A stretch of DNA of 64,000 nt, from the NCBI RefSeq assembly GCF_030384885.1, contig NZ_CP128613.1, one strand, 5' to 3'. Both the position numbers and the translations under genes were made by a program. Below, in pieces: positions 29,504-41,609 of this stretch. The first letter of the stretch is position 1, and each line of letters opens with the position of its first letter. The notes beneath the pieces are model-generated. The model made no database searches. It had not been told where the DNA came from and saw only the letters and a list, made by a program, of their open reading frames with translations. The DNA comes from Escherichia coli. GTDB taxonomy: Bacteria; Pseudomonadota; Gammaproteobacteria; Enterobacterales; Enterobacteriaceae.

Positions 29504-30169
29504 ATGTTAGATTTGTTTAAAGCAATAGGCCTGGGGCTGGTGGTGTTACTGCCGTTAGCTAACCCATTAACAACTGTCGCGTTATTTCTTGGCCTGGCAG
29601 GCAACATGAACAGTGCTGAACGTAATCGTCAGTCGTTGATGGCCTCGGTGTACGTATTTGCCATCATGATGGTGGCGTATTACGCCGGGCAACTGGTGAT
29701 GGATACATTTGGCATTTCGATTCCCGGTCTGCGAATTGCAGGCGGCTTAATCGTCGCGTTTATCGGTTTTCGGATGCTCTTTCCGCAACAGAAAGCGATT
29801 GATTCACCGGAAGCGAAAAGCAAGTCGGAAGAGCTGGAAGATGAACCCAGCGCCAATATTGCCTTTGTACCTCTGGCAATGCCTAGTACCGCCGGTCCGG
29901 GAACCATTGCGATGATTATTAGCTCGGCGTCCACTGTGCGTCAGAGTTCAATCTTCGCTGATTGGGTACTGATGGCTGCGCCGCCGCTGATCTTTTTCCT
30001 GGTGGCGGTTATTTTGTGGGGAAGTCTACGCAGCTCTGGCGCAATTATGCGGCTGGTGGGCAAGGGGGGAATTGAAGCGATCTCCCGTCTGATGGGATTC
30101 CTGCTGGTATGTATGGGTGTGCAGTTTATTATTAACGGCATCCTGGAAATCATTAAAACGTATCATTAA
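29504..30169 (+). CDS. marC: UPF0056 inner-membrane protein MarC
   Basis: 221-aa polytopic protein divergent from marRAB. Confidence 0.92.
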   Translation: MLDLFKAIGLGLVVLLPLANPLTTVALFLGLAGNMNSAERNRQSLMASVYVFAIMMVAYYAGQLVMDTFGISIPGLRIAGGLIVAFIGFRMLFPQQKAIDSPEAKSKSEELEDEPSANIAFVPLAMPSTAGPGTIAMIISSASTVRQSSIFADWVLMAAPPLIFFLVAVILWGSLRSSGAIMRLVGKGGIEAISRLMGFLLVCMGVQFIINGILEIIKTYH

Positions 30170-30190
30170 AAAAGGCCCGAATGGGCCTTT
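30168..30190. terminator. Bidirectional terminator hairpin between marC and sotB
   Basis: AAAGGCCC-GAAT-GGGCCTTT is a perfect 8-bp stem flanked by A- and T-runs. Confidence 0.7.
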
Positions 30191-30193
30191 CAA

Positions 30194-31384
30194 CTATTGA
30201 GTCTGTTCTTCGAGTGTCACTGGCCAGCGGCGAAAAATGATGATTGACCATATTAACGCGGCAAAAGCAGGCACCGCGCCCACATAACCAATCATCGACA
30301 TTGACCAGTGCAGACTGACCTGATTACCTACCAACGCGCCAGCGCCGATTCCAATATTAAATATTCCCGAGAATAGCGCCATCGCGACGTCGGTGGCATC
30401 TGGTGCCAGCGCCAGCACTTTAACCTGCATACCAAGCCCGATGATCATCATTGCGATCCCCCAGAAAATACTCAGCACCCCGAGGTGTATTTCACTGTTC
30501 GCCGCAGGTAGCAGTAATGCAAGGCAGACCAGCAACAGCGCAATCGCCGTACTCACCAACGTAGACGCATACTGATTGCCCAGTTTACCGAAAATAACGC
30601 TGCCAATAATGCCTGCACCACCGAGTAATAACAGTAATGCCGTGGCAAAGTTGGCGCTGAATCCCGCAATGTTTTGCACAAAAGGCTCGATATAGCTGTA
30701 TGCCGTGTAATGGGCGGTGACAACCACCACAGTTAACAAATAAATGCTCATTAATGCCGGGCGGCGGAACAATAGCGGAAGGCTTTTCAACGACCCTGAA
30801 TGCTCGCTGGGGAGTAAGGGAAGTAACTTAATCAGGCACAGAAGGGTGATAAATGCCCCGATACCGATCGCGAAGAAGGTCATACGCCAACCGAAATACT
30901 GCCCCACAATGCGCCCGAGAGGTAAACCTAATACCATCGCCAGAGCTGTACCGGTGGCAATTAAACTCAATGCCTGTGCTCGCTTTCCGGCCGGAGCCAT
31001 ACGGATCGCCAGAGACGCCGTAATCGACCAGAAAATCGCATGTGCAAAAGCTACACCAATGCGACTGATCACCAGAACGGTAAAGCTCCACGACAAAAAA
31101 GACAGTACATGGCTGGCAATAAACACCACAAACAGGCAGATCAGTAATTTGCGGCGTTCAACCTGGCTTGTCATTAGCATAAAAGGCAATGACATTAGCG
31201 CCACTACCCATGCATAAATGGTTAACATGATACCGACCTGAGCGGTTTGCATATGGAAACTTTGTGCGATGTCAGAAAGCAGGCCAACAGGGACAAATTC
31301 GGTAGTATTGAAGATGAAAGCGGCGACTGCCAGCGTAACTACCCGTAGCCACGCCACTTTGCGGGAAACAGTGTTTGTTGTCAT
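30194..31384 (-). CDS. sotB: MFS sugar efflux transporter SotB (YdeA)
   Basis: 396-aa MFS protein in the syntenic position. Confidence 0.92.
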   Translation of the reverse strand: MTTNTVSRKVAWLRVVTLAVAAFIFNTTEFVPVGLLSDIAQSFHMQTAQVGIMLTIYAWVVALMSLPFMLMTSQVERRKLLICLFVVFIASHVLSFLSWSFTVLVISRIGVAFAHAIFWSITASLAIRMAPAGKRAQALSLIATGTALAMVLGLPLGRIVGQYFGWRMTFFAIGIGAFITLLCLIKLLPLLPSEHSGSLKSLPLLFRRPALMSIYLLTVVVVTAHYTAYSYIEPFVQNIAGFSANFATALLLLLGGAGIIGSVIFGKLGNQYASTLVSTAIALLLVCLALLLPAANSEIHLGVLSIFWGIAMMIIGLGMQVKVLALAPDATDVAMALFSGIFNIGIGAGALVGNQVSLHWSMSMIGYVGAVPAFAALIWSIIIFRRWPVTLEEQTQ

Positions 31385-31531
31385 AACAGATTATCGGGTG
31401 AGTTGCGAAAAGTAATGAAATGATCTTAAAACGGTTAATGATGTGAATACAATGCATTTGTGATCTGGATCGCATTTCCATCTCTCTGACGGTTGTTCTG
31501 TCACGCGTCAGAGAGTTGTTAACATCACATT

Positions 31532-32647
31532 TTAATGACGATCAGGAAGGTCTGGCGTTTTGGCGGCTGATGGTAAAGGTGACCTCACAGGGGAACGAGG
31601 CCTGTTGTCCAGTAGTTCTTCGTTACTAATTTTGGGCGGAATTTCATTTTTTACAAAAAGTTTTAGAATCTTGCGTGCCATACGATGGATACTTTTATCT
31701 TCACTTAATAATGCCGGTATCAACACATCATTCAGGTCATTTTCATTAGGTTTCATGAAAATTTGAAAGTGCAATAACATATTTGTAAAAAATAAGAATA
31801 GACTCTGAAAGTGAGGTATTTCTTTGTTTGATAAAAGCGATAAAAAGCAGATGCAAACTTCAGGTAGTACTTGTTTGTTAGAACCTAATGAATCCATGAG
31901 GTTTTGTAATAACTCATCTTTTAATGGGCTATCCTTTATGTCGTAGATGGCGGTGATTAAGTTTGGGTTTTTATTCGCGAACCACCTGTGGACCTGCGGC
32001 TTATTCCATAGTCGGGGGAGTATGACAAAATTACCACGAGAGATAAAGTTCAGTACGAATAAATCAAACTGACGTAAGTAATCTGCAGCGGTATGATGCT
32101 CAGGAGGAAGAGGTTCAATATGTGGAGTATGAGACCTTTTGATGGGGACGCCGGGGCTGATCATTGGAAATTGTTCAATAAAGTCATTAAGAAACAGAAA
32201 GAGCACACGCTCGACGCCGGTCTGAAAGGCCCGACCCATAGTGACAGGCTTTGGGTCGGGAGCACAATAAATATTAATTTCCCCATCGTGGCGAAAATTA
32301 TCTAAATAAATAGGGCTTAAATTTATTACTACCTGAAATTCAATGTTTTCTTTATGTCTTCCATTCTTAACAGGATACGTGAGTTTAAATTGAACCTTTT
32401 CATTGTATAGCGTGTCGTTATCTCGGAAAGTTGTCCTCTGTATATAAGATAGGTTATCAAGATTATTGAATATCTTTTTGGTGTTTGAATTGATGTTTAA
32501 AGACGTACGCCACTCCTCATCACATATTATAATGCTGAGCGCATCAATAAAATCCTTCAAAACTTCTTTTACCTGAGGTGCAATATTGCGAACGGGAAAA
32601 TCATCAGGAAGTGAGATGAAATTGCTGATGCTTACTGGCGTAACCAT
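31532..32647 (-). CDS. yneK: Uncharacterised protein YneK
   Basis: 371-aa soluble ORF in a visibly AT-rich gene. I could find no recognisable motif. Confidence 0.8.
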   Translation of the reverse strand: MVTPVSISNFISLPDDFPVRNIAPQVKEVLKDFIDALSIIICDEEWRTSLNINSNTKKIFNNLDNLSYIQRTTFRDNDTLYNEKVQFKLTYPVKNGRHKENIEFQVVINLSPIYLDNFRHDGEINIYCAPDPKPVTMGRAFQTGVERVLFLFLNDFIEQFPMISPGVPIKRSHTPHIEPLPPEHHTAADYLRQFDLFVLNFISRGNFVILPRLWNKPQVHRWFANKNPNLITAIYDIKDSPLKDELLQNLMDSLGSNKQVLPEVCICFLSLLSNKEIPHFQSLFLFFTNMLLHFQIFMKPNENDLNDVLIPALLSEDKSIHRMARKILKLFVKNEIPPKISNEELLDNRPRSPVRSPLPSAAKTPDLPDRH

Positions 32648-32724
32648 ATTTGCCCCATATAGTCATAAGTCATCGGAACATCACTATATAGAGCATATGA
32701 GCTGCAAGAACTATCAAAAATAGC

Positions 32725-33606
32725 TCATTGGGAAGACTGTTTTGCCGAGTCAGACACATCCAGTAGTTGAATAAATGCCTCAAGCGGACGCGTTTTCGCA
32801 CCGCGACGCCAGACCAGCCATGTTATTAACCAACGCCATTGCTCAGCTAACGGCCACGACTCAACCTGGTGATGCCCCGGCATACTTTCCAGCATAGAGC
32901 GTGGAATAAGCGCAATGCCCGCACCCGCAACCACACAGGCTAACATACCGTGATACGACTCCATTTCATGGATGGTCCCCGGCGCTGCACCGTCGGCATG
33001 AAACCAGCTTTCAAAGTGGCGACGATATGAACAATTGGCACGGAATGCATAAATGTTACAGCCATTAACCTGACTGGCGCGGGTTACTGGTGCATGTCCT
33101 TGTGGCGTGACAATCATCAACTCCTCGCGGTAGACCGGTATTCCATCAATAGCAGTATGGTTAATGGGCCCATCAATAAATGCCGCATTCAGTTTTCCCT
33201 CCAGCACCCCTTCCAGCATGGTGCCGGAAGGACCGGTGGAAAGCGAAAACTGAATTTTGGGATAACGACGGTTAAACTCCGCCAGCGTGGGCGGAATGCG
33301 CACTGCTGCGGTGCTTTCCAGCGAACCAAGAGAAAATAAACCTTGCGGCTCATCGCCAGCGACAACGCTCCGCGCTTCATCCACTAACGCGAGAATTTGT
33401 TGGCTATAGCGTAAAAAGTTATGCCCGGCAGGCGAGAGACGTAAACGCTGATTCTCGCGAATAAACAGATCAACCCCCAGTTCTGTTTCCAGCTGGCGTA
33501 GACGGGTAGTGAGATTCGACGGCACGCGATGCACTTTTGCTGCAGCCTGGGTAATGCTGCCAGCTTCGGCAACCGCGTTGAACATCTCCAGTTGGGTCAG
33601 ATCCAT
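32725..33606 (-). CDS. yneJ: LysR-family transcriptional regulator YneJ
   Basis: 293 aa with N-terminal HTH ([32 protein letters not shown]). Divergent from sad. Confidence 0.9.
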   Translation of the reverse strand: MDLTQLEMFNAVAEAGSITQAAAKVHRVPSNLTTRLRQLETELGVDLFIRENQRLRLSPAGHNFLRYSQQILALVDEARSVVAGDEPQGLFSLGSLESTAAVRIPPTLAEFNRRYPKIQFSLSTGPSGTMLEGVLEGKLNAAFIDGPINHTAIDGIPVYREELMIVTPQGHAPVTRASQVNGCNIYAFRANCSYRRHFESWFHADGAAPGTIHEMESYHGMLACVVAGAGIALIPRSMLESMPGHHQVESWPLAEQWRWLITWLVWRRGAKTRPLEAFIQLLDVSDSAKQSSQ

Positions 33607-33621
33607 GGCATTCTCAATTCG

Positions 33622-33646
33622 TGAATAAGTGGCTTAATATTATTCA
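33622..33646. promoter_or_regulatory. Candidate LysR-type (T-N11-A-like) box in the yneJ-sad divergent region
   Basis: TGAATA-N13-TATTCA is an inverted repeat between the two start codons. Confidence 0.35.
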
Positions 33647-33706
33647 TTTTCAAGCAAGAGTAAATCTGCGTATCTTTTTACCATAACCCATAAAGGAGAT
33701 ACCCCG

Positions 33707-35095
33707 ATGACCATTACTCCGGCAACCCATGCAATTTCGATAAATCCTGCCACTGGTGAACAACTTTCTGTGCTGCCGTGGGCTGGCGCTGACGATATAG
33801 AAAACGCACTTCAGCTGGCGGCAGCAGGCTTTCGCGACTGGCGCGAGACAAATATAGATTATCGTGCTGAAAAACTGCGTGATATCGGTAAGGCTCTGCG
33901 CGCCCGTAGCGAAGAAATGGCGCAAATGATCACCCGTGAAATGGGCAAACCGATCAACCAGGCGCGTGCTGAAGTGGCGAAATCGGCGAATTTGTGTGAC
34001 TGGTATGCAGAACATGGTCCGGCGATGCTGAAGGCGGAACCTACGCTGGTGGAAAATCAGCAGGCGGTTATTGAGTATCGACCGTTGGGGACGATTCTGG
34101 CGATTATGCCGTGGAATTTTCCGTTATGGCAGGTGATGCGTGGCGCTGTTCCCATCATTCTTGCAGGTAACGGCTACTTACTTAAACATGCGCCGAATGT
34201 GATGGGCTGTGCACAGCTCATTGCCCAGGTGTTTAAAGATGCGGGGATCCCGCAAGGCGTATATGGATGGCTGAATGCCGACAATGACGGTGTGAGTCAG
34301 ATGATTAAAGATTCGCGCATTGCTGCAGTCACGGTGACCGGAAGTGTTCGTGCGGGAGCAGCTATTGGCGCACAGGCTGGAGCGGCACTGAAAAAATGCG
34401 TACTTGAACTGGGCGGTTCGGATCCGTTTATTGTACTTAACGATGCCGATCTGGAACTTGCGGTGAAAGCGGCGGTAGCCGGACGTTATCAGAATACTGG
34501 ACAGGTTTGTGCAGCGGCAAAACGCTTTATTATCGAAGAGGGAATTGCTTCGGCATTTACCGAACGTTTTGTGGCAGCTGCGGCAGCCTTGAAAATGGGC
34601 GATCCCCGTGACGAAGAGAACGCTCTCGGACCAATGGCTCGTTTTGATTTACGTGATGAGCTGCATCATCAGGTAGAAAAAACTCTGGCTCAAGGTGCAC
34701 GTTTGTTACTGGGCGGGGAAAAGCTGGCTGGGGCAGGTAACTACTATCCGCCAACGGTTCTGTCGAATGTCACACCAGAAATGACTGCTTTTCGGGAAGA
34801 GATGTTTGGCCCCGTTGCGGCAATCACTATTGCAAAGGATGCAGAACATGCGCTGGAACTGGCTAATGATAGCGAGTTCGGTCTTTCAGCGACCATTTTC
34901 ACCACCGACGAAACACGGGCCAGACAGATAGCGGCACATCTGGAATGCGGTGGCGTGTTTATCAATGGTTATTGTGCCAGTGATGCGCGAGTTGCCTTTG
35001 GTGGCGTGAAGAAGAGTGGCTTTGGTCGTGAACTTTCCCATTTCGGTTTACATGAGTTCTGTAATATCCAGACGGTGTGGAAAGACCGGATCTGA
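33707..35095 (+). CDS. sad: NAD+-dependent succinate-semialdehyde dehydrogenase Sad (YneI)
   Basis: 462-aa ALDH family protein with VLELGGSDP and the catalytic Cys in GQVCAAAKR. Confidence 0.93.
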   Translation: MTITPATHAISINPATGEQLSVLPWAGADDIENALQLAAAGFRDWRETNIDYRAEKLRDIGKALRARSEEMAQMITREMGKPINQARAEVAKSANLCDWYAEHGPAMLKAEPTLVENQQAVIEYRPLGTILAIMPWNFPLWQVMRGAVPIILAGNGYLLKHAPNVMGCAQLIAQVFKDAGIPQGVYGWLNADNDGVSQMIKDSRIAAVTVTGSVRAGAAIGAQAGAALKKCVLELGGSDPFIVLNDADLELAVKAAVAGRYQNTGQVCAAAKRFIIEEGIASAFTERFVAAAAALKMGDPRDEENALGPMARFDLRDELHHQVEKTLAQGARLLLGGEKLAGAGNYYPPTVLSNVTPEMTAFREEMFGPVAAITIAKDAEHALELANDSEFGLSATIFTTDETRARQIAAHLECGGVFINGYCASDARVAFGGVKKSGFGRELSHFGLHEFCNIQTVWKDRI

Positions 35096-35158
35096 CGCTA
35101 CATATTCAGCTCTGATATACTCGCAGGTCTTTTCAGACCTGCGGTCCAGGAGTAGAAA

Positions 35159-36085
35159 GTGGCAGTCGCCATGGATAATGCAATTTTAGAAAACATCTTG
35201 CGGCAAGTGCGGCCGCTCATTGGTCAGGGTAAAGTCGCGGATTATATTCCGGCGCTGGCGACGGTTGATGGTTCCCGACTGGGCATAGCTATCTGTACCG
35301 TTGACGGACAGCTTTTTCAGGCCGGAGACGCACAAGAACGTTTTTCCATTCAGTCTATTTCCAAAGTGCTGAGTCTCGTTGTCGCCATGCGTCATTACTC
35401 CGAAGAGGAAATCTGGCAACGCGTCGGCAAAGATCCGTCTGGATCACCGTTTAATTCCCTGGTGCAACTCGAAATGGAGCAGGGTATTCCGCGTAATCCG
35501 TTTATAAATGCCGGTGCGCTGGTGGTCTGCGATATGTTGCAAGGGCGCTTAAGCGCGCCACGGCAACGTATGCTGGAAGTTGTCCGCGGCTTAAGCGGAG
35601 TGTCTGATATTTCCTACGATACGGTGGTAGCGCGTTCCGAATTTGAACACTCCGCGCGAAATGCGGCTATCGCCTGGCTGATGAAGTCGTTTGGCAATTT
35701 CCATCATGACGTGACAACCGTTCTGCAAAACTACTTTCATTACTGCGCTCTGAAAATGAGCTGTATAGAGCTGGCCCGGACGTTTGTCTTTCTGGCTAAT
35801 CAGGGGAAAGCTATTCATATTGATGAACCTGTGGTGACGCCAATGCAGGCGCGGCAAATTAACGCGCTGATGGCGACCAGTGGTATGTACCAGAATGCGG
35901 GGGAGTTTGCCTGGCGGGTGGGACTACCGGCAAAATCTGGCGTTGGTGGCGGTATTGTGGCGATTGTTCCGCATGAAATGGCCATCGCAGTCTGGAGCCC
36001 GGAACTGGATGATGCCGGTAACTCGCTTGCGGGCATTGCTGTCCTTGAACAATTGACGAAACAATTAGGGCGTTCGGTTTATTAA
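35159..36085 (+). CDS. glsB: Glutaminase 2
   Basis: 308 aa from a GTG start, [34 protein letters not shown]..., with the serine-beta-lactamase-like SISK motif. Confidence 0.93.
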   Translation: MAVAMDNAILENILRQVRPLIGQGKVADYIPALATVDGSRLGIAICTVDGQLFQAGDAQERFSIQSISKVLSLVVAMRHYSEEEIWQRVGKDPSGSPFNSLVQLEMEQGIPRNPFINAGALVVCDMLQGRLSAPRQRMLEVVRGLSGVSDISYDTVVARSEFEHSARNAAIAWLMKSFGNFHHDVTTVLQNYFHYCALKMSCIELARTFVFLANQGKAIHIDEPVVTPMQARQINALMATSGMYQNAGEFAWRVGLPAKSGVGGGIVAIVPHEMAIAVWSPELDDAGNSLAGIAVLEQLTKQLGRSVY

Positions 36086-36444
36086 TGCAGTCTCTCGATC
36101 CACTCTTCGCGCGTTTATCCCGTTCAAAATTTCGCTCTCGCTTTCGTTTGGGTGTGAAAGAGCGTCAGTATTGTCTGGAGAAAGGCGCGCCAGTCATCGA
36201 ACAACATGCGGCGGATTTTGTCTCTAAACGTCTTGCTCCGGCATTACCGGCTAACGACGGTAAGCAAACCCCCATGCGCGGGCATCCGGTGTTTATCGCT
36301 CAGCACGCCACTGCAACCTGTTGTCGCGGTTGTCTGGCTAAGTGGCATAACATTCCGCAGGGTGTTTCGTTAAGCGAGGAACAACAACGTTATATCGTGT
36401 CGGTAATCTATCACTGGTTGGTTATACAGATGAATCAGCCATGA
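36085..36444 (+). CDS. yneG: DUF4186 protein YneG
   Basis: 119 aa. The ATG overlaps the glsB stop codon (TAATG). Confidence 0.88.
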   Translation: MQSLDPLFARLSRSKFRSRFRLGVKERQYCLEKGAPVIEQHAADFVSKRLAPALPANDGKQTPMRGHPVFIAQHATATCCRGCLAKWHNIPQGVSLSEEQQRYIVSVIYHWLVIQMNQP

Positions 36445-36582
36445 TAATTGCGGAAAACGATAAAATAGCATTCCCAGGATATCTTTATTTGCCGCCGCTG
36501 TCAGCGAACATGCTATCCTTTATGAGAATTTACTTATTACGTTGAGATAATTGCCACCCGCAATTGTATGGACAGATAATTA

Positions 36583-38001
36583 ATGCATGTACAGCCCATT
36601 TCAACTTTCCGTTTGTTCCAGGAAGGTCATCTGCTACGTAATAGCATCGCTATTTTTGTGCTAACCACGCTGTTCTATTTTATTGGTGCAGAGTTACGGC
36701 TGGTTCACGAACTTTCTCTTTTCTGGCCGCTGAATGGCGTAATGGCGGGGGTGTTTGCCCGCTATGTCTGGCTTAATCGACTGCATTACTATGCGATCAG
36801 TTATGTGGCAATGCTGGTTTATGATGCCATAACCACCGAATGGGGGCTGGTTTCACTGGCTATCAATTTCTCCAATATGATGTTTATTGTTACCGTCGCC
36901 TTACTGGTCGCGCGGGATAAGCGTCTGGGGAAAAATAAGTACGAGCCAGTAAGTGCCTTACGGCTATTTAATTACTGTCTGATTGCCGCATTATTATGCG
37001 CTATTGTCGGGGCGATTGGTTCGGTCAGTATTGATAGTCTGGATTTCTGGCCTTTGCTTGCCGACTGGTTCAGTGAGCAATTCTCAACGGGCGTGTTGAT
37101 CGTGCCTTGTATGCTGACGTTGGCAATTCCTGGAGTGCTGCCGCGCTTCAAAGCAGAACAGATGATGCCCGCCATCGCGCTCATTGTGTCGGTTATTGCA
37201 TCGGTAGTCATTGGCGGAGCGGGGAGTCTGGCGTTCCCGCTGCCTGCATTAATCTGGTGTGCGGTGCGTTATACGCCGCAGGTAACATGTCTGTTGACCT
37301 TTGTCACCGGTGCGGTGGAGATTGTACTGGTGGCAAATTCGGTGATTGATATCTCGGTCGGTTCGCCGTTCTCCATTCCGCAAATGTTCTCCGCACGGCT
37401 CGGTATTGCCACGATGGCGATATGCCCAATTATGGTTTCTTTTAGCGTGGCAGCGATCAATTCGCTAATGAAGCAAGTTGCGCTGCGAGCCGACTTTGAT
37501 TTTCTGACTCAGGTTTACTCACGGTCAGGTCTTTACGAGGCGCTGAAAAGTCCATCGCTTAAACAGACACAACATCTGACAGTCATGCTGCTTGATATCG
37601 ACTATTTCAAAAGCATTAACGATAACTATGGTCATGAATGTGGCGATAAAGTGTTAAGCGTGTTTGCCCAGCATATTCAGAAGATTGTCGGTGATAAGGG
37701 GCTGGTGGCGCGAATGGGCGGCGAAGAATTTGCTGTTGCAGTGCCATCGGTGAATCCTGTCGATGGTCTGCTAATGGCGGAAATAATTCGTAAAGGTGTT
37801 GAACTGCAACCGTTCACCTGGCAACAAAAAACGCTTTATCTCACGGTAAGTATTGGCGTCGGTAGTGGTTGCGCGTCGTTCCGTACGCTGACCGAAGACT
37901 TTAATAAATTAATGGTTGAAGCCGATACGTGTCTGTATCGCTCGAAGAAAGATGGGCGCAACCGTACCAGCACTATGCGTTACGGTGAGGAAGTTGTCTG
38001 A
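36583..38001 (+). CDS. dgcF: Membrane-anchored diguanylate cyclase DgcF (YneF)
   Basis: 472 aa with a multi-TM N-terminal domain and a C-terminal GGDEF domain (RMGGEEFAV). Confidence 0.88.
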   Translation: MHVQPISTFRLFQEGHLLRNSIAIFVLTTLFYFIGAELRLVHELSLFWPLNGVMAGVFARYVWLNRLHYYAISYVAMLVYDAITTEWGLVSLAINFSNMMFIVTVALLVARDKRLGKNKYEPVSALRLFNYCLIAALLCAIVGAIGSVSIDSLDFWPLLADWFSEQFSTGVLIVPCMLTLAIPGVLPRFKAEQMMPAIALIVSVIASVVIGGAGSLAFPLPALIWCAVRYTPQVTCLLTFVTGAVEIVLVANSVIDISVGSPFSIPQMFSARLGIATMAICPIMVSFSVAAINSLMKQVALRADFDFLTQVYSRSGLYEALKSPSLKQTQHLTVMLLDIDYFKSINDNYGHECGDKVLSVFAQHIQKIVGDKGLVARMGGEEFAVAVPSVNPVDGLLMAEIIRKGVELQPFTWQQKTLYLTVSIGVGSGCASFRTLTEDFNKLMVEADTCLYRSKKDGRNRTSTMRYGEEVV

Positions 38002-38174
38002 CATCTTTATTCATGCAGAGCGATTTTAACGGAATGTGTTCTACCACTTTATTGAGCGAATAAAAGGCGTAGTTCCTCGATTAAACCATGATCCGCGCCA
38101 CACTTTTCTCATAAAACTGCTCATTAATCATCAGGAGTTGATCAAAACAGGGGTTCGGCGTATTAAAGTTTGCT

Positions 38175-38201
38175 AACCTGTCGTACCAATTCAAACAGGT
38201 T
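38175..38201. promoter_or_regulatory. Operator-like inverted repeat upstream of uxaB (possible ExuR/UxuR site)
   Basis: AACCTGT-N13-ACAGGTT encloses GTACCAATT, which resembles half of the ExuR palindrome. It ends 28 nt before the uxaB GTG. Confidence 0.35.
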
Positions 38202-38228
38202 GTATGACTAATCAGAAGGGAACCCATT

Positions 38229-39680
38229 GTGAAAACACTAAATCGTCGCGATTTTCCCGGTGCACAGTATCCAGAACGTATCATTCAGTTTGGTGAAGGT
38301 AACTTCCTGCGCGCCTTTGTTGACTGGCAAATCGATCTCCTGAATGAGCACACCGATCTGAATTCTGGCGTGGTCGTTGTTCGTCCGATTGAAACTTCAT
38401 TCCCGCCGTCATTGAGCACGCAGGATGGTCTGTACACCACCATTATCCGTGGTTTGAATGAGAAGGGGGAGGCGGTCAGCGACGCGCGTCTGATTCGCTC
38501 GGTTAATCGTGAAATCAGCGTCTACAGTGAATACGATGAATTCCTGAAACTGGCGCACAACCCGGAAATGCGCTTTGTTTTCTCTAACACCACCGAAGCG
38601 GGTATCAGCTACCATGCGGGCGATAAATTCGATGACGCGCCAGCGGTAAGTTATCCGGCAAAACTGACCCGTCTGCTGTTCGAACGTTTTAGCCATTTCA
38701 ACGGAGCGCAGGATAAAGGTTGGATCATCATCCCATGTGAACTGATCGACTATAACGGCGATGCACTGCGTGAACTGGTGCTGCGCTACGCGCAAGAGTG
38801 GGCACTACCAGAAGCATTTATTCAATGGCTGGATCAGGCTAACAGCTTCTGTTCTACGCTGGTGGACCGTATCGTTACCGGTTATCCGCGTGATGAAGTG
38901 GCTAAACTGGAAGAAGAACTGGGTTATCACGATGGTTTCCTCGACACCGCTGAACACTTTTACCTGTTTGTGATTCAGGGGCCGAAATCCTTAGCGACTG
39001 AGCTGCGTCTGGACAAATATCCGCTCAACGTGCTGATTGTTGACGATATTAAACCGTATAAAGAGCGCAAAGTGGCAATCCTCAACGGTGCACACACGGC
39101 GCTGGTGCCGGTGGCGTTCCTGGCAGGGCTGGATACTGTAGGTGAAGCGATGAACGATGCTGAAATTTGTGCATTCGTTGAAAAAGCCATCTACGAAGAG
39201 ATTATTCCGGTACTGGATTTGCCTCGTGATGAACTGGAATCTTTCGCCAGTGCAGTCACCGGACGTTTCCGTAATCCGTACATCAAGCATCAGCTGCTGT
39301 CTATCGCGCTTAACGGTATGACCAAGTTCCGCACCCGTATCCTGCCGCAGCTGCTTGCAGGGCAGAAGGCAAACGGCACACTTCCGGCGCGCCTTACTTT
39401 CGCATTAGCGGCATTGATTGCGTTTTATCGCGGTGAGCGTAACGGAGAAACATATCCGGTACAGGACGATGCCCACTGGCTGGAACGTTATCAGCAACTC
39501 TGGAGCCAGCATCGTGACCGTGTTATCGGCACCCAGGAACTGGTTGCTATTGTGTTGGCTGAAAAAGACCACTGGGAGCAGGACCTGACGCAAGTGCCTG
39601 GTCTGGTCGAGCAGGTTGCTAATGACCTGGATGTGATTCTCGAAAAAGGAATGCGCGAAGCTGTACGTCCGTTGTGCTAA
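38229..39680 (+). CDS. uxaB: Altronate (tagaturonate) oxidoreductase
   Basis: 483 aa from a GTG start, [30 protein letters not shown]... Confidence 0.94.
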   Translation: MKTLNRRDFPGAQYPERIIQFGEGNFLRAFVDWQIDLLNEHTDLNSGVVVVRPIETSFPPSLSTQDGLYTTIIRGLNEKGEAVSDARLIRSVNREISVYSEYDEFLKLAHNPEMRFVFSNTTEAGISYHAGDKFDDAPAVSYPAKLTRLLFERFSHFNGAQDKGWIIIPCELIDYNGDALRELVLRYAQEWALPEAFIQWLDQANSFCSTLVDRIVTGYPRDEVAKLEEELGYHDGFLDTAEHFYLFVIQGPKSLATELRLDKYPLNVLIVDDIKPYKERKVAILNGAHTALVPVAFLAGLDTVGEAMNDAEICAFVEKAIYEEIIPVLDLPRDELESFASAVTGRFRNPYIKHQLLSIALNGMTKFRTRILPQLLAGQKANGTLPARLTFALAALIAFYRGERNGETYPVQDDAHWLERYQQLWSQHRDRVIGTQELVAIVLAEKDHWEQDLTQVPGLVEQVANDLDVILEKGMREAVRPLC

Positions 39681-39687
39681 TACTCTG

Positions 39688-39715
39688 AACCCGGTTTCGA
39701 CCGGGTTTCTTATTT
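39688..39715 (+). terminator. Intrinsic terminator of uxaB
   Basis: Stem AACCCGG/CCGGGTT followed by TCTTATTT. Confidence 0.75.
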
Positions 39716-39750
39716 CACTATATTAGTTACAACATCCTATGTGCCTTTAT

Positions 39751-39784
39751 CATTAACAGGTGCCACATGCAGCACCTGTTAATG
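39751..39784. repeat. Perfect 13-bp inverted repeat (hairpin or operator) upstream of yneE
   Basis: CATTAACAGGTGC-(8 nt)-GCACCTGTTAATG, 93 nt upstream of the yneE ATG, with no flanking T-run. Confidence 0.7.
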
Positions 39785-39876
39785 TTGTAAGCTTGTAGGT
39801 AATTTGTAAGTAGTGTCTTGAGAATGTGATCGTAATCACGTTTAATAGGGCGACTTTTCCACGCCTGAAGATAACC

Positions 39877-40791
39877 ATGATCGTTCGTCCACAACAACAC
39901 TGGCTGCGCCGTATTTTTGTCTGGCACGGTTCAGTATTATCCAAGATATCCTCGCGCTTACTACTCAATTTTCTCTTTTCTATCGCTGTTATTTTCATGC
40001 TGCCCTGGTACACGCATTTGGGAATCAAATTCACCCTCGCACCGTTCAGCATTCTCGGTGTCGCCATCGCCATTTTTCTTGGTTTTCGTAATAATGCCGG
40101 GTACGCCCGTTACGTTGAAGCGCGAAAACTTTGGGGGCAGTTGATGATTGCCTCACGGTCGTTACTGCGCGAGGTAAAAACGACATTGCCGGATTCGGCA
40201 AGTGTAAGGGAGTTTGCACGGCTGCAAATCGCCTTCGCCCACTGTTTACGCATGACATTACGCAAACAACCACAGGCGGAAGTGCTGGCACATTATCTCA
40301 AGACTGAAGATCTTCAGCGTGTACTGGCTTCAAACACTCCAGCTAACCGTATTTTGTTGATAATGGGGGAGTGGTTGGCGGTTCAGCGACGCAATGGACA
40401 GCTTTCAGATATCCTGTTTATTAGCCTCAACGATCGGCTTAACGATATTTCAGCGGTTCTGGCAGGCTGCGAGCGCATTGCCTACACGCCAATTCCCTTT
40501 GCCTACACCCTGATTTTGCATCGTACCGTTTATCTGTTTTGTATCATGCTGCCGTTCGCGCTGGTCGTGGACCTGCATTACATGACGCCATTTATCTCTG
40601 TGCTGATTTCCTACACTTTTATTTCGCTGGATTGTCTGGCGGAAGAGCTGGAAGATCCGTTCGGTACTGAAAACAATGATTTACCGCTGGATGCCATCTG
40701 CAACGCTATTGAAATTGACCTGTTACAGATGAACGATGAAACAGAAATTCCAGCAAAAATTCTTCCCGATCGTCATTACCAGCTGACGTAA
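39877..40791 (+). CDS. yneE: Bestrophin-family anion channel YneE
   Basis: 304 aa from MIVRPQQHWLRRIFVWHGSVL... The ORF-track start at 39826 is an extension. Confidence 0.9.
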   Translation: MIVRPQQHWLRRIFVWHGSVLSKISSRLLLNFLFSIAVIFMLPWYTHLGIKFTLAPFSILGVAIAIFLGFRNNAGYARYVEARKLWGQLMIASRSLLREVKTTLPDSASVREFARLQIAFAHCLRMTLRKQPQAEVLAHYLKTEDLQRVLASNTPANRILLIMGEWLAVQRRNGQLSDILFISLNDRLNDISAVLAGCERIAYTPIPFAYTLILHRTVYLFCIMLPFALVVDLHYMTPFISVLISYTFISLDCLAEELEDPFGTENNDLPLDAICNAIEIDLLQMNDETEIPAKILPDRHYQLT

Positions 40792-40794
40792 TAT

Positions 40795-41553
40795 TTACTC
40801 CGTACGCCGGGCAACAATAAACAGACGCGGAAATGCCAGCAGTATCTGTCCGTTCTCTTGCAGTGGATACTGCTCTTCCAGCATCTGATGGTAGCGCGTA
40901 ACAAAATGCTGCTGTTCGCTCTCGGTCAGATCCTGTAACCACGGACGTAATCCAGTGGCGGTCACCCAGTCAATAATCGCCTGGTGCGACGGCATCTGGT
41001 GATAGTAAGTGGTTCGCCAGATATCGACCTCGCATCCGGCTTCACTCAAAATATCGTAGTAAGCATGAACGCCAGCCAGCGGCTCACGCCCGCGATCCGG
41101 GTAGTTTTGTTCCCAGGCGACTTCGCGCATGAGCACATGGGTAGGCTCCAGCCAGTTATCCGGCATTTGTACCGCCAGCACGCCCTGCGGACTGAGTAAC
41201 GAAACCAGATGAGGGAACAGTTCGTAATGGTCGGGCAGCCATTGCAGCGAGGCATTAGCAAAAATCAGATCGAGTGCCTGTTCCGGTTGCCAGTTGCGGA
41301 TGTCTGCTTCCACGAACTGGCAGTCTGGCAAAGCACTGCGCGCTTCAGCAATCATCGCCGGAGACGAGTCGATGCCTGTTATCCTGGCCGCAGGCCAACG
41401 TTGATGCAGCAGGGCGGTGCTGTTACCTGGGCCACAGCCAAGATCGGCAACGTATTCGATATTCTCCAGCGGCACTCTGGCAAGCAGCTCCACCGCCGGA
41501 CGCGATCGTTCAGCGGCAAAGTGCAGATATAAAGAGGGGTTCCAGTCAGACAT
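40795..41553 (-). CDS. tam: Trans-aconitate 2-methyltransferase
   Basis: 252 aa with SAM motif [12 protein letters not shown]. Confidence 0.93.
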   Translation of the reverse strand: MSDWNPSLYLHFAAERSRPAVELLARVPLENIEYVADLGCGPGNSTALLHQRWPAARITGIDSSPAMIAEARSALPDCQFVEADIRNWQPEQALDLIFANASLQWLPDHYELFPHLVSLLSPQGVLAVQMPDNWLEPTHVLMREVAWEQNYPDRGREPLAGVHAYYDILSEAGCEVDIWRTTYYHQMPSHQAIIDWVTATGLRPWLQDLTESEQQHFVTRYHQMLEEQYPLQENGQILLAFPRLFIVARRTE

Positions 41554-41609
41554 TTATTTACTCCCGTCAGTGCGTTACCCCAATTGTAGATAAAACTGAT
41601 AAATTCGCC

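Noticed and set aside
33650-34015. 121-aa minus-strand ORF over the sad 5' end and promoter
   Set aside because: It is antisense to sad and would overlap the yneJ-sad control region, with no RBS. Shadow ORF.
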